A stretch of DNA of 64,000 nucleotides, from positions 102,468 to 166,467 of the forward strand of contig DATCTV010000034.1 in NCBI GenBank assembly GCA_036567785.1. The letters run 5' to 3'. The notes beneath the pieces were generated by a model. That model saw only the letters and a program-made list of their open reading frames with translations. It did no database searches and was not told the DNA's origin. The stretch's first letter is position 1, and the number at the start of each line of letters is the position of its first letter. Positions 56,019-64,000 of this stretch are shown here, in pieces. Origin of the DNA: Desulfomonilia bacterium (lineage in GTDB: Bacteria; Desulfobacterota; Desulfomonilia; UBA1062). A program made the translations under genes and the position numbers.

Positions 56019-57482
56019 ATGAAGCCAGGCAGACTGGAGTTCCTGAGTGAATCCGAAATTAAAAAGATCGATGCGCTATCCTTGGACATCCTCGAAAACA
56101 CCGGCATCAAGGTCGAACTTAAAAAACTGAGAGGAATCCTTCGCGATATAGGATGCACGGTTGATGAAACTAAAAAAATCGTTAAATTCCGTCCAGATAT
56201 CGTTCAGGCATTTGTTAAGAAGGCACCAAGGGAGTATATCCTTTGCGGAGCGGATCCGTCAAAACGCTGGCCCGTCAATCCGGACACAAGAGTTTTCGGG
56301 GGACTGGGCACAGCCGTGAACATGTACGATCTTTACTCGGGGGAATACCGTCAGGCGACCCTGCAGGATGTCGTCAACCACATCATCCTTTTCGACGGCC
56401 TTGAGCATATCGTCTCCAGCCAGATGGACATCTGGCCGGGTGACATCCCGATGCAGACAATCCACGTTGAGGCCATGCGGGCCTGGGCCAGGCACAGCAC
56501 CAAGTCATTCGGAATGGGTGCCTACGGCGTCATGCCCACGCAAGACATGATGGAAATGACGTCATTGATAATGGGTGGAAGGGAAAACTTTAAAAAACAG
56601 CACCCCTTCATCGCCATCGTGAGCATTCAAAGCCCTCTTTCCTCGGTACAGATACAGCTCGAGGGGCTTATGGTACTTGCGGAATGGGGTCAGCCCGCTC
56701 TCATGTCGCCGGAGGCCATGGCCGGCACAACAGCTCCTGTAACGATTGCGGGGCTTCTCGCCCAGCACAACGCGGAAATACTTGCGTATATCGTTATGGC
56801 CCAGGCAGTCAATCCAGGTACACCGGTCATGTACGGAACGGTTTCGACCATTGCCGAGATGCGGCGCGGAACCGTAGCATTAGGCGCGATTGAAATGGGC
56901 CTCATCAGCGCCGCCTCTGCACAGATGGCACATTATTACGGAGTTCCCTGCAGGGCCGCAGCGGGCGGCACCGAGGCCAAGACCTTGGACATGCAGTGCG
57001 GCATAGAGCGCGAGCGCTCGATGATGCTTGCTGCCCTCGGCGGTGCAAACTATATCACCAGTGTCGGCACCATCGAATCCACCACGGCAGGCGCGCATGA
57101 ACTGGCGGTAATCGACAACGAAATCATCGGACAGATCGAGAGGGCGCTGCGAGGCATCGAGGTGGGCGACATCACCATGGCGGCCGAGGTCATCAAGGCC
57201 GTGGGCCCTGACGGAAACTACCTCATGCAAGACCATACACAGAAAAACTTCAGGCGCGAACATTATATTCCGAAACTGGCGGATAGAGACAAACGCGATG
57301 TATGGGAACGAGGCGGAAGCAGAGAAATGATTAATAACGCCAGAGAAGAAGCCAAAAAGATCATCGCCACACATAAAGAGCGGCAGCTGGACCCGAAGCT
57401 TTTAATGGAGATTGACGCCTATGTGGATTCTGTGAAGGCGAGAAGCCTGGAAGATTTTTATGCGGCTGAATGGGAAAGCTGA
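56019..57482 (+). CDS. MttB-superfamily methyltransferase, non-pyrrolysine type (glycine betaine / quaternary amine:corrinoid methyltransferase-like)
   Basis: 487-aa TIM-barrel MttB-family pattern. Continuous ORF with no in-frame TAG, so it is the non-Pyl class (MtgB/MtpB/MtcB-like). GGAGG RBS. Confidence 0.8.
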   Translation: MKPGRLEFLSESEIKKIDALSLDILENTGIKVELKKLRGILRDIGCTVDETKKIVKFRPDIVQAFVKKAPREYILCGADPSKRWPVNPDTRVFGGLGTAVNMYDLYSGEYRQATLQDVVNHIILFDGLEHIVSSQMDIWPGDIPMQTIHVEAMRAWARHSTKSFGMGAYGVMPTQDMMEMTSLIMGGRENFKKQHPFIAIVSIQSPLSSVQIQLEGLMVLAEWGQPALMSPEAMAGTTAPVTIAGLLAQHNAEILAYIVMAQAVNPGTPVMYGTVSTIAEMRRGTVALGAIEMGLISAASAQMAHYYGVPCRAAAGGTEAKTLDMQCGIERERSMMLAALGGANYITSVGTIESTTAGAHELAVIDNEIIGQIERALRGIEVGDITMAAEVIKAVGPDGNYLMQDHTQKNFRREHYIPKLADRDKRDVWERGGSREMINNAREEAKKIIATHKERQLDPKLLMEIDAYVDSVKARSLEDFYAAEWES

Positions 57483-57502
57483 ATAGATAAGGGAGGCATG
57501 TC

Positions 57503-58144
57503 ATGGGAGAGACTACGTTAAAAGAACTTGAAGATGCGATCGTACAGATGGATGCCGATATCACGGAGGGGCTTGCCATAAAGCTTCTCGATTCAGGCAC
57601 AGAAGCTCAGGTAATATTAAAAGAGGCGCTTCTTCCGGCACTTGACCGGGTTGGAACACTCTTCAGGGACGGGGATTATTTTCTCCCGGACGTGCTCATG
57701 TGCGTAAAGGCCTATGACAATTCGTTCAAGATAATCCTGCCAAAGCTCAAGGAAGGCGATTATACCTCGCGCGGCAGGGTGATTCTGGGAACCGTGGAAG
57801 GCGATATCCACGAGATCGGCAAGAATATTCTTTTCGCGCTTCTTGAGGGTAACGGCTTCGATGTGCTGGATATGGGCGTAAATGTCAAGGCGGACGACTT
57901 TCTTGCAAAGGCAAAGGAGTGGTCTCCGGACATCATCGGCATGTCGTCGCTGCTTTCCACGACCATGCCCGCAATGAAACAGGTCATCGACACCTTCACA
58001 AAAGAAGGGCTCAGGAATAACTATAAATTCATCATCGGCGGTGCGCCGGTAAGCCAGCGGTTTGCCGATGAGATAGGTGCAGACGGTTATGGGGAAGATG
58101 CACAATCCGGAGTGGAGCTGGTAAAGCGGCTGCTCGCATCCTGA
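57503..58144 (+). CDS. Corrinoid (cobalamin-binding) protein of methyltransferase systems
   Basis: N-terminal helical cap plus B12-binding Rossmann domain with the DxHxxG motif (GDIHEIGKN). 213 aa. 20 nt after the mttB-like gene. Confidence 0.85.
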   Translation: MGETTLKELEDAIVQMDADITEGLAIKLLDSGTEAQVILKEALLPALDRVGTLFRDGDYFLPDVLMCVKAYDNSFKIILPKLKEGDYTSRGRVILGTVEGDIHEIGKNILFALLEGNGFDVLDMGVNVKADDFLAKAKEWSPDIIGMSSLLSTTMPAMKQVIDTFTKEGLRNNYKFIIGGAPVSQRFADEIGADGYGEDAQSGVELVKRLLAS

Positions 58145-58164
58145 CAAAAAGTCCGGGAGAAGAC

Positions 58165-59511
58165 ATGACCGACAGGCATGCAGTTCAAGAGTTCATGCCG
58201 GTAACTCTGAAGGAAATCATCCTCTACAATCTGGCAGGCTTTGCCTTCAACGTGTACGATACCGTGCTTTACGCATGGCTTCCGTACTTCTATACTCCGC
58301 CGAAAGATTCTTCGGCGATTCATTATATACCGTTGGCCGCCATAGGGATAATACTGGCAGGCGGCAGGATCCTCGATGCCTTCAATGACCCGCTTGTGGG
58401 TTACTGGAGTGATCACACCAAATCCCGCTGGGGGAGAAGAAAGCCTTACATCTTCATTGCAAACCCCTTTCTCTTTCTCACTTTCATCCTGGTATGGATG
58501 CCCCCAGTGCGAGGAGAAAGCATAACGAATGTAATCTTTCTAGCTGCAGTTCTTTTCTTTTACTACTGGGCCTATACGGGGGTGCTCATTCCCTGGTTTG
58601 CCGTTCTGCCCGAAATAAGCAGGAAGAATGAAGACAGGGTGAAGATTGCATCGATAGGTGTCGCCATCGGCGTAATCGGGGCACTTCTGGGCGGTGGCCT
58701 CTCCGGTCCGCTCTTCTCCAAATACGGGCCATTCATGATGGGGCTTTTACTCGGCATTCCGGCATTCATAGCCGGCGAACTCACCCTATTCGGCATCAAG
58801 GAGCGCCATTCACCGCCCCCCGAAGAGGACATGCCCGGTTTTTTCAAGGTCATGAAAGAGGTTTTCGGAGATAAGCAGTTCCTTTCCTTCGCCGGAATGA
58901 TAATGATGGTTCAGCTTACCTATCAGCTAATGCTTATGAATGTGCCCTATCTGACTACCCTTATCCTCGGCAAAAAGGAAGCGGATGCGTCTCTGATCAT
59001 GGCTGAGGTGATCATAATGATCGCGGCTTCGTCACCGCTGTGGTATCTCCTTCTTAAAAAGTATTCGAAGAAAAATATCTTCCGCATTATCATAATCCTT
59101 ATGATCTTGGGCTTTTCACTTAGTTTCTTCATCGGCAGGCTGCCCTTCTTCTCGCCACTGGTCCAGGCCATGCTGATATTCCCCATTGCCGCAATTCCCA
59201 TAGGCGGCATGTTTACGGCTTCGCTCGGCATTATTGCAGATCTCACGGATTACGATGAACTCAAGAGCGGCAGGCGCAGGGAGGCTATATATTACGGCCT
59301 CTACGGGATAGTCAGAAAGACCGGCTGGGCGCTATGCTCTCTTATCCTTGTGGGGATATTTTCCTTTTTCGGCTACAGCAAAGAGAATCCTCTAGGCATA
59401 CGTGTGGTCTGGATCGTCTGCTCGATTTCCTGCCTCATAGGGCTTCTCGCATTCATCCCTTACAAGATAGGCGACAGCAAGGAAGAGACAAAACGCATCA
59501 TGGGGCTGTGA
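58165..59511 (+). CDS. MFS transporter (GPH/cation-symporter-like)
   Basis: 448 aa, 12 predicted TMs, MFS loop motif region (…GYWSDHTKSRWGRRKP…). Confidence 0.75.
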   Translation: MTDRHAVQEFMPVTLKEIILYNLAGFAFNVYDTVLYAWLPYFYTPPKDSSAIHYIPLAAIGIILAGGRILDAFNDPLVGYWSDHTKSRWGRRKPYIFIANPFLFLTFILVWMPPVRGESITNVIFLAAVLFFYYWAYTGVLIPWFAVLPEISRKNEDRVKIASIGVAIGVIGALLGGGLSGPLFSKYGPFMMGLLLGIPAFIAGELTLFGIKERHSPPPEEDMPGFFKVMKEVFGDKQFLSFAGMIMMVQLTYQLMLMNVPYLTTLILGKKEADASLIMAEVIIMIAASSPLWYLLLKKYSKKNIFRIIIILMILGFSLSFFIGRLPFFSPLVQAMLIFPIAAIPIGGMFTASLGIIADLTDYDELKSGRRREAIYYGLYGIVRKTGWALCSLILVGIFSFFGYSKENPLGIRVVWIVCSISCLIGLLAFIPYKIGDSKEETKRIMGL

Positions 59512-59544
59512 TTCAGGATTTTTGGGGCCCTGTTGAAATTGCGG

Positions 59545-60249
59545 TCATGAAAGATTTTGCAGGTTGAATTTTTTCCCCACATGCGAAAGGTGTGCGATCA
59601 TGGCCTTTCGTGCCCCATCGGGATCATGCGCCTTCAGCGCCGCCACAATCTCCCTGTGGTCATCAACAGCCTGTCTGCGGACTTCCATGTCGTCGCCGGT
59701 TCTCCGCCTGCTGTAGATGCTGATCCTGTCTATTGAATGCATGAACGCCTGAATGATCCTGTTTCCTGCAACTTCCATAATACGCCTGTGCAGATCAATA
59801 TCATATGCCATGAATGTTTCCGGGTCATCGATTACCTTGAGGGCCTCGTCAAGGCACTTCTCGATTTCATGTATTTCGTCGTCGGAGATATTCTCCGCCG
59901 CAAGGGCCACCATCCCGGCTTCCAGTATCGTTCTTGCCTGAAGGAGATTCGCGTAGGTGGAATCGTCGAGTGCGAATTCGATGTCAAGGTGCTCTACAAG
60001 CTTTTCGGGAGTAAGAGACGAAACAAACGTCCCCGAGCCCTGGCGGTTTTCTATTATGTTCATGAGCTTAAGGGCATTGAGGGCCTCTCTCAGCGAGGGC
60101 CTGCTGACGTTCAGAATCGATGACAGTTCCCTTTCCGGAGGGAGTTTGTCACCTCTCTTGAGGCCCTTTTCCCTTATAAGCGAAAGGATTCTCTGCGCAA
60201 GATTATCAGGCTGGATTTCTTTAAAAGCGGTACTTTTTTTTACTTTCAC
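59545..60249 (-). CDS. GntR-family transcriptional regulator with FCD (FadR C-terminal) domain
   Basis: N-terminal wHTH (…GDKLPPERELSSILNVSRPSLREAL…) and a C-terminal all-helical FCD domain. Confidence 0.85.
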   Translation of the reverse strand: MKVKKSTAFKEIQPDNLAQRILSLIREKGLKRGDKLPPERELSSILNVSRPSLREALNALKLMNIIENRQGSGTFVSSLTPEKLVEHLDIEFALDDSTYANLLQARTILEAGMVALAAENISDDEIHEIEKCLDEALKVIDDPETFMAYDIDLHRRIMEVAGNRIIQAFMHSIDRISIYSRRRTGDDMEVRRQAVDDHREIVAALKAHDPDGARKAMIAHLSHVGKKFNLQNLS

Positions 60250-60270
60250 AAGGCTTCTCCGGTCCGCTGA

Positions 60271-61404
60271 CTATCGTACACTGATTATATCTGCCGGAAG
60301 AGTTGTTATCTTATGAGGTACTGTTTCCGTTATGATATAAGTTTCTTCATCTCCGATTTCCACCCCTTCGGCATAATTGTAATACAGCTCGATATTGATC
60401 ACCATATCGGGATTCAATTCAAAATCGCTTCCTCCATAGAGCCAGGACTCTTCGGTCATAAGGCCTATAGAATGCCCCGCTGTGACGATTAGCGGAATCA
60501 TGCCTTCACGCTCATAGATTTTGACGGCCATTTCATAGATTTGTCCGGACGTTGTTCCGGGGACAAGGGATCTGCCTACCTCATCCACGATAGCGTTCAT
60601 TTTTTTATTTAGCGCTCTCAGTTCTTCGGGCACATCTCCTGTAAAGGCATGCCTCCTTATATCAGAGAGATAGCCGTAATAGCTTGCACCAAGGTCAATG
60701 GCCACCAGCTGACCTTCTCCGAGAGTTTCATTTATGGACACTTCCGGATTCGATGTGCCGAATGAAATCGTGACATGGCCGATGCCTGTCGCCCCGTTTT
60801 TGATCATGCGCCATTTGGCTTCCTGAATTAGTTCAGGCCTTGTTATGCCCGGCCTGACAACTTCAGCAATCAGTTCCTGCATGGCCTTTTCCGCTATCTG
60901 GGTCGATTTTATAATCATATCAAGTTCATAGACCGATTTTATCAGTCTGAGTGAATCCATGACATCATCGACATATATGAACCTAACGTCTGATGCTGTT
61001 TGAACAATCAAGTCCTTCAGATAAACAGGCATCCCTGACTCGATGCCGAGAGTCTTTCCTGAAAGGTTTTTTGAGGAAAAAAAATTATTAAGGGTTGAAT
61101 GGGCGCCGGCCCTGTCGGCCCAGACCTCGATATGATCGCATCCGAACTCAACATCGCCCAGCACCGCACCTATCCAGCAGCCGAGCGTTACTCTGCCGTC
61201 AGGTTCAATGAAAGAAAGGAACGGTAACTGGTTTCGAAGCGCAAACAAAATGGGATTACCGCTTCCGGGCAGACACGGATATCCTGTCGTGTACATAACA
61301 TTTTCAGGAGTAGTCAGCAGAACAGCGTCGATTCCCTTTTCATTCATCGTTTTCAGCAGGGAGTCCTTGTAAAATCCTATCGGCTCGAATCTTGCGCCTT
61401 TCAC
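60271..61404 (-). CDS. M24-family metallohydrolase (Xaa-Pro aminopeptidase / creatinase / ectoine-hydrolase-like)
   Basis: Creatinase-N-like domain plus pita-bread fold with a complete metal-ligand set (D…D in VAIDLGASYYGYLSD, H in GHSIG, E in NIELYY, E in EIGDEE). Confidence 0.75.
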   Translation of the reverse strand: MKGARFEPIGFYKDSLLKTMNEKGIDAVLLTTPENVMYTTGYPCLPGSGNPILFALRNQLPFLSFIEPDGRVTLGCWIGAVLGDVEFGCDHIEVWADRAGAHSTLNNFFSSKNLSGKTLGIESGMPVYLKDLIVQTASDVRFIYVDDVMDSLRLIKSVYELDMIIKSTQIAEKAMQELIAEVVRPGITRPELIQEAKWRMIKNGATGIGHVTISFGTSNPEVSINETLGEGQLVAIDLGASYYGYLSDIRRHAFTGDVPEELRALNKKMNAIVDEVGRSLVPGTTSGQIYEMAVKIYEREGMIPLIVTAGHSIGLMTEESWLYGGSDFELNPDMVINIELYYNYAEGVEIGDEETYIITETVPHKITTLPADIISVR

Positions 61405-61493
61405 CGGAACCTCCGTTTAATGGTTTTCATGAAAACAAATGGTCTTACCAATTTACAAATAGACCCTTTTTTGTCAAGGTAAAACATGTTATT

Positions 61494-61501
61494 TGTATAA
61501 T
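61494..61501 (+). promoter_or_regulatory. Extended -10 element (TGTATAAT) in a 311-bp, ~20% GC intergenic region
   Basis: TGnTATAAT at 61494-61501 with TTGTCA 19 nt upstream. Sits in the divergent region between the M24 hydrolase gene and the 61716 lipoprotein gene. Confidence 0.25.
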
Positions 61502-61715
61502 GATAAGTCCGGATGTAACTTATTTCAGAATGCGGGGAAAAATATTTCCACATTAAACATGAATCGAGTTGGAATGACCACCCATGCTTAACAACTGCTT
61601 GAATTTAATTATTAATTAATTATATATATTAGGCATGGTTCATGCAATTATTTGTTATGAAATATAATAATTATTAATTTTAATTCAGACAATTTATCAG
61701 TCTTGAGGAGACAGT

Positions 61716-63512
61716 ATGAAGATAATGCGATATTTGCTTTTCGTTCTGTTTATTCTGACGGCAATGTTATTCGCTGCTTGCGGTGGGGCCAATCACAATG
61801 AAGAGCTTGCAAAAGACGAATCGTTTTATGATCCCGGCGCATCAGTGGAAGCAGTTGATTTCAGTGAAGCGCAGACAATAACGTTATATGTCTGGAAACA
61901 GACGGGATATAATAAATACGGGTTTGTGAAGGTGTCAAATGGCGATTTCCTTGCCCCTGGAAAGCATAAATTCGGTGTTTCTGTAACACAGAGGATTGTC
62001 AACGGTGAAGTCGCCCCCGAGCGCGTTTTCATAGGCGACGGCGGAATTGATTATCAGGTGGAGGCCCTGCCTGATAAGGATTCCGGTTATTATGTCTGTG
62101 ATTACAAGCTTGCCCCCGCCGATTATCTCCTCACTTGCCCTATACTGATTCAGGTCATTTATGAAGACGCCCTTGCATCAAAGGAAAAATTTGTAGTCAG
62201 GACCGAAGATGGAATGGGAGCGCCTTTTGACATGCTTGCAGATAAGGGCCTGGGTATATCGCTGAGCAAATACATGCTGAAACAGGCCATCAAGGTTGTC
62301 AATCCCATGATCGCCCAGCAGATAAAAGGTGTGTCGATTCAGGATCTGAGACCTGTAGTAGGCGGGAATGGAATCATCCATGTAGACCTCGGAAGCATAG
62401 GTTGTGATGTCGCCATAACCGACATGAACAAAAAAACAAGGGGCCTGTTCATCGGGCTTGAGAATATAACCGGCGGCAGCGGCAGCGGTAATATTTTAAA
62501 TTCCGTAATCAGCGCAATCCTCAAAGGGATTTTAGGAAAGGGGATCAATATTAACGGCATCTCTGTAGGTGCCCTTGGATTTAATATACCGGACATGATT
62601 TCAGGCCTTGCCGGACCGGCCGATCCTGACAGCGAAGACCCTCTTGCTGGGATCCTTACAGGACTTAAGCTTGACTCAGTCATGTTCCTGAATCTGAAGG
62701 GACAGCCGGACTCAACCACGGAAAACAATGCCTTACTCAGCGGCAGCCTTTATTCCGCTCCTGCCGGAACAGTTAAAAAAGACAAAGACGGCAATTACAT
62801 ATGGCCGTCAGTTACTGAAGACACAACGAATACTCTTAAAATGGATTTGACAAGACTTCAGGGTGACAATACGGACATAGGGCTTGCCCTTTCAGACTAC
62901 AATCTTAATCAGGTGCTGTCTGCCGTGATGAACGGATTTTCCATCGAAATAAAAGATATCCAGAAACTTACCGATTTCTTTTCACCGGATGACCCAAACA
63001 ATTCGATGACACTGGACGTTAAAATAAACCCTGGCGGCATTGCCCTTGACCTGGCGAACCAGAGGGTGGCGGTAAACGATGTTCGCCTGACAGTATACGA
63101 GGTTATGCCCAATGGGACATCATGGGCAAGGACGGAACTATCTCTTGATGTGACAATAGCATTCGAGGCCGGTTTCCATTCCGACAGCAAGACATCATAT
63201 CTCGATCTGATGCTTTCTCCCCAATACGACAAATGCCACATTCACATCATGAAAGACAACATGGACATGAGCATGTTTGACCACAGTTCATATTTCCCGC
63301 TTATTATTTCGGGATTTACCGGAGGGAAAGCCGATCTCAGCCTTAGTCTGGCGCTTTCGGATTTCGGCATCCTGCCAAGGCCGGGCATTGATCCAGGAGA
63401 AGTGGAATACGACAACTCGGGAAACTGCTATATGAAAATGGCGGTAGGCGATCTCGACGCCTCAAAACTTCCTGTTGACGGGCTCTGTTTTATAAGTACT
63501 GCAGCCGGCTGA
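61716..63512 (+). CDS. Large secreted lipoprotein of unknown function
   Basis: Signal peptide with lipobox FAAC followed by GG. 598 aa, Gly-rich central region (GGSGSGN). No recognisable catalytic motif. GAGGAG RBS. Confidence 0.5.
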   Translation: MKIMRYLLFVLFILTAMLFAACGGANHNEELAKDESFYDPGASVEAVDFSEAQTITLYVWKQTGYNKYGFVKVSNGDFLAPGKHKFGVSVTQRIVNGEVAPERVFIGDGGIDYQVEALPDKDSGYYVCDYKLAPADYLLTCPILIQVIYEDALASKEKFVVRTEDGMGAPFDMLADKGLGISLSKYMLKQAIKVVNPMIAQQIKGVSIQDLRPVVGGNGIIHVDLGSIGCDVAITDMNKKTRGLFIGLENITGGSGSGNILNSVISAILKGILGKGININGISVGALGFNIPDMISGLAGPADPDSEDPLAGILTGLKLDSVMFLNLKGQPDSTTENNALLSGSLYSAPAGTVKKDKDGNYIWPSVTEDTTNTLKMDLTRLQGDNTDIGLALSDYNLNQVLSAVMNGFSIEIKDIQKLTDFFSPDDPNNSMTLDVKINPGGIALDLANQRVAVNDVRLTVYEVMPNGTSWARTELSLDVTIAFEAGFHSDSKTSYLDLMLSPQYDKCHIHIMKDNMDMSMFDHSSYFPLIISGFTGGKADLSLSLALSDFGILPRPGIDPGEVEYDNSGNCYMKMAVGDLDASKLPVDGLCFISTAAG

Positions 63513-63516
63513 AAGA

Positions 63517-63547
63517 AAGGCGGCGGGACAGCCTGTCCTGCCGCCTT
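63517..63547 (+). terminator. Stem-loop terminator after the lipoprotein gene
   Basis: aaggcggcgggacag-c-ctgtcctgccgcctt is a 15-bp stem with one mismatch, 5 nt after the stop. The downstream sequence is AT-rich with a TTTTT run. Confidence 0.5.
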
Positions 63548-63622
63548 AAATATACAATTTTTGCTTAAGCCTTCTTCAAGGAATCCCGATATGTTTTTTA
63601 TCCCATTTCCCAGGAGGCAAAG

Positions 63623-63859
63623 ATGATCAAACTTTATAATAAGGACAACAACTCCTTCATTGGAACAATTACAGAAGAAGACCTTCTGCTGCTTGAAAAA
63701 GTTCTTGTTGAAGAATCCGAGACCGATACCGACTATTTTATAAATCCCGACACGATTGACCTGATTGAAGACAGCAATGCAAGTCCCGAACTCATATCTC
63801 TTCTGAGATCGGCGGTCGGACAAAGCGATGGAATAGAGATTTCATGGAAAAAGAGATAG
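63623..63859 (+). CDS. Small acidic hypothetical protein
   Basis: 78-aa ORF with a GGAGG-like RBS (ccaggaggcaaag). No homology recognised. Confidence 0.3.
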   Translation: MIKLYNKDNNSFIGTITEEDLLLLEKVLVEESETDTDYFINPDTIDLIEDSNASPELISLLRSAVGQSDGIEISWKKR

Positions 63860-64000
63860 TAGCCGACGAAACTTATAAGAAACTCGCATGCGTTCTGGAT
63901 ACGCTTCCCAACGGTTTTCCGGAAACCAAGAGCGGTGTTGAGATAAAACTGCTCAAAAAGATATTCACGCCTGAACAGGCAGGACTATTCTGCGAACTGA
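63844..64000 (+). CDS. 5' end of an ORF truncated by the window edge (MEKEIVADETYKKLACVLDTLPNGFPETKSGVEIKLLKKIFTPEQAGLFCEL…)
   Basis: Open frame from the ATG at 63844 to the window end, overlapping the previous ORF by 16 nt. Function not assignable. Confidence 0.3.
   Translation, partial: MEKEIVADETYKKLACVLDTLPNGFPETKSGVEIKLLKKIFTPEQAGLFCEL

Noticed and set aside
56019-57482. Possible pyrrolysine (in-frame UAG) in the MttB-family gene
   Set aside because: The ORF is continuous with no in-frame TAG, so this is the non-Pyl class.
1-64000. tRNA, rRNA, CRISPR arrays, IS elements, integrases
   Set aside because: - No cloverleaf-like GC-rich structures in any intergenic gap.
- No spacer-repeat periodicity.
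- No transposase or integrase motifs in any frame.
- The only large repeats are the tandem LDI-like gene copies.

Overview
The window is a 64-kb bacterial chromosomal segment of about 50% GC with roughly 60 densely packed protein-coding genes. I found no rRNA, tRNA, CRISPR array, transposase or integrase. The gene content (non-pyrrolysine MttB plus corrinoid protein, LL-DAP aminotransferase, a Tat-signal lipoprotein phosphoesterase) points to an anaerobic Gram-negative organism, possibly a deltaproteobacterium (Desulfobacterota); this is tentative.

Positions 1-31 kb are mostly housekeeping:
- enolase-superfamily dehydratase, glnA, a metallophosphoesterase
- an Sfp-type PPTase convergent with a PaaK-like adenylating enzyme
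- yhbY, a GlcD-like FAD oxidase, dapL, pgm, a sugar epimerase
- an hsp20-lon heat-shock pair, serA-purA, a GH1 beta-glucosidase, a PAP2 membrane protein, aqpZ
- an AlkD-like repair protein, an AAA+ ATPase, ettA, an aminopeptidase, a gamma-carbonic-anhydrase-like protein, patB/malY, srkA, a flavoprotein

Positions 32-50 kb are accessory and hold the two most interesting loci:
- A specialised lipid-biosynthesis cluster resembling aryl-polyene (APE) clusters. It contains an ACP, two FabZ-like hotdog dehydratases, a PlsY paralog, lipoproteins, a LolA-like protein, a FabG-like reductase, a NodB deacetylase, an LPLAT acyltransferase, an MMPL exporter fused to a SAM methyltransferase, and a GT2. No ketosynthase lies anywhere nearby.
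- Immediately adjacent and divergently transcribed is an operon of three tandem paralogous lipoproteins of about 640 aa each. Each has an FN3-like domain followed by a domain whose motifs, from memory, match the linalool dehydratase/isomerase family (Met-x3-His, Cys-x8-Cys). They are followed by a small Cys-containing membrane protein and a MacB/FtsX-type ABC permease plus ATPase. This is my best candidate for an undescribed system.

Positions 50-64 kb hold:
- an orphan partner-switching module: a STAS antagonist, and a Cache-HAMP-PP2C phosphatase translationally coupled to a periplasmic binding protein
- a quaternary-amine module: a YchF-like NTPase, a DUF362 Fe-S protein, an MttB-family methyltransferase, a corrinoid protein, an MFS transporter, a GntR regulator and an M24 hydrolase
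- a large lipoprotein of unknown function

All functional calls are from motif and architecture recognition by eye. No database searches were run.
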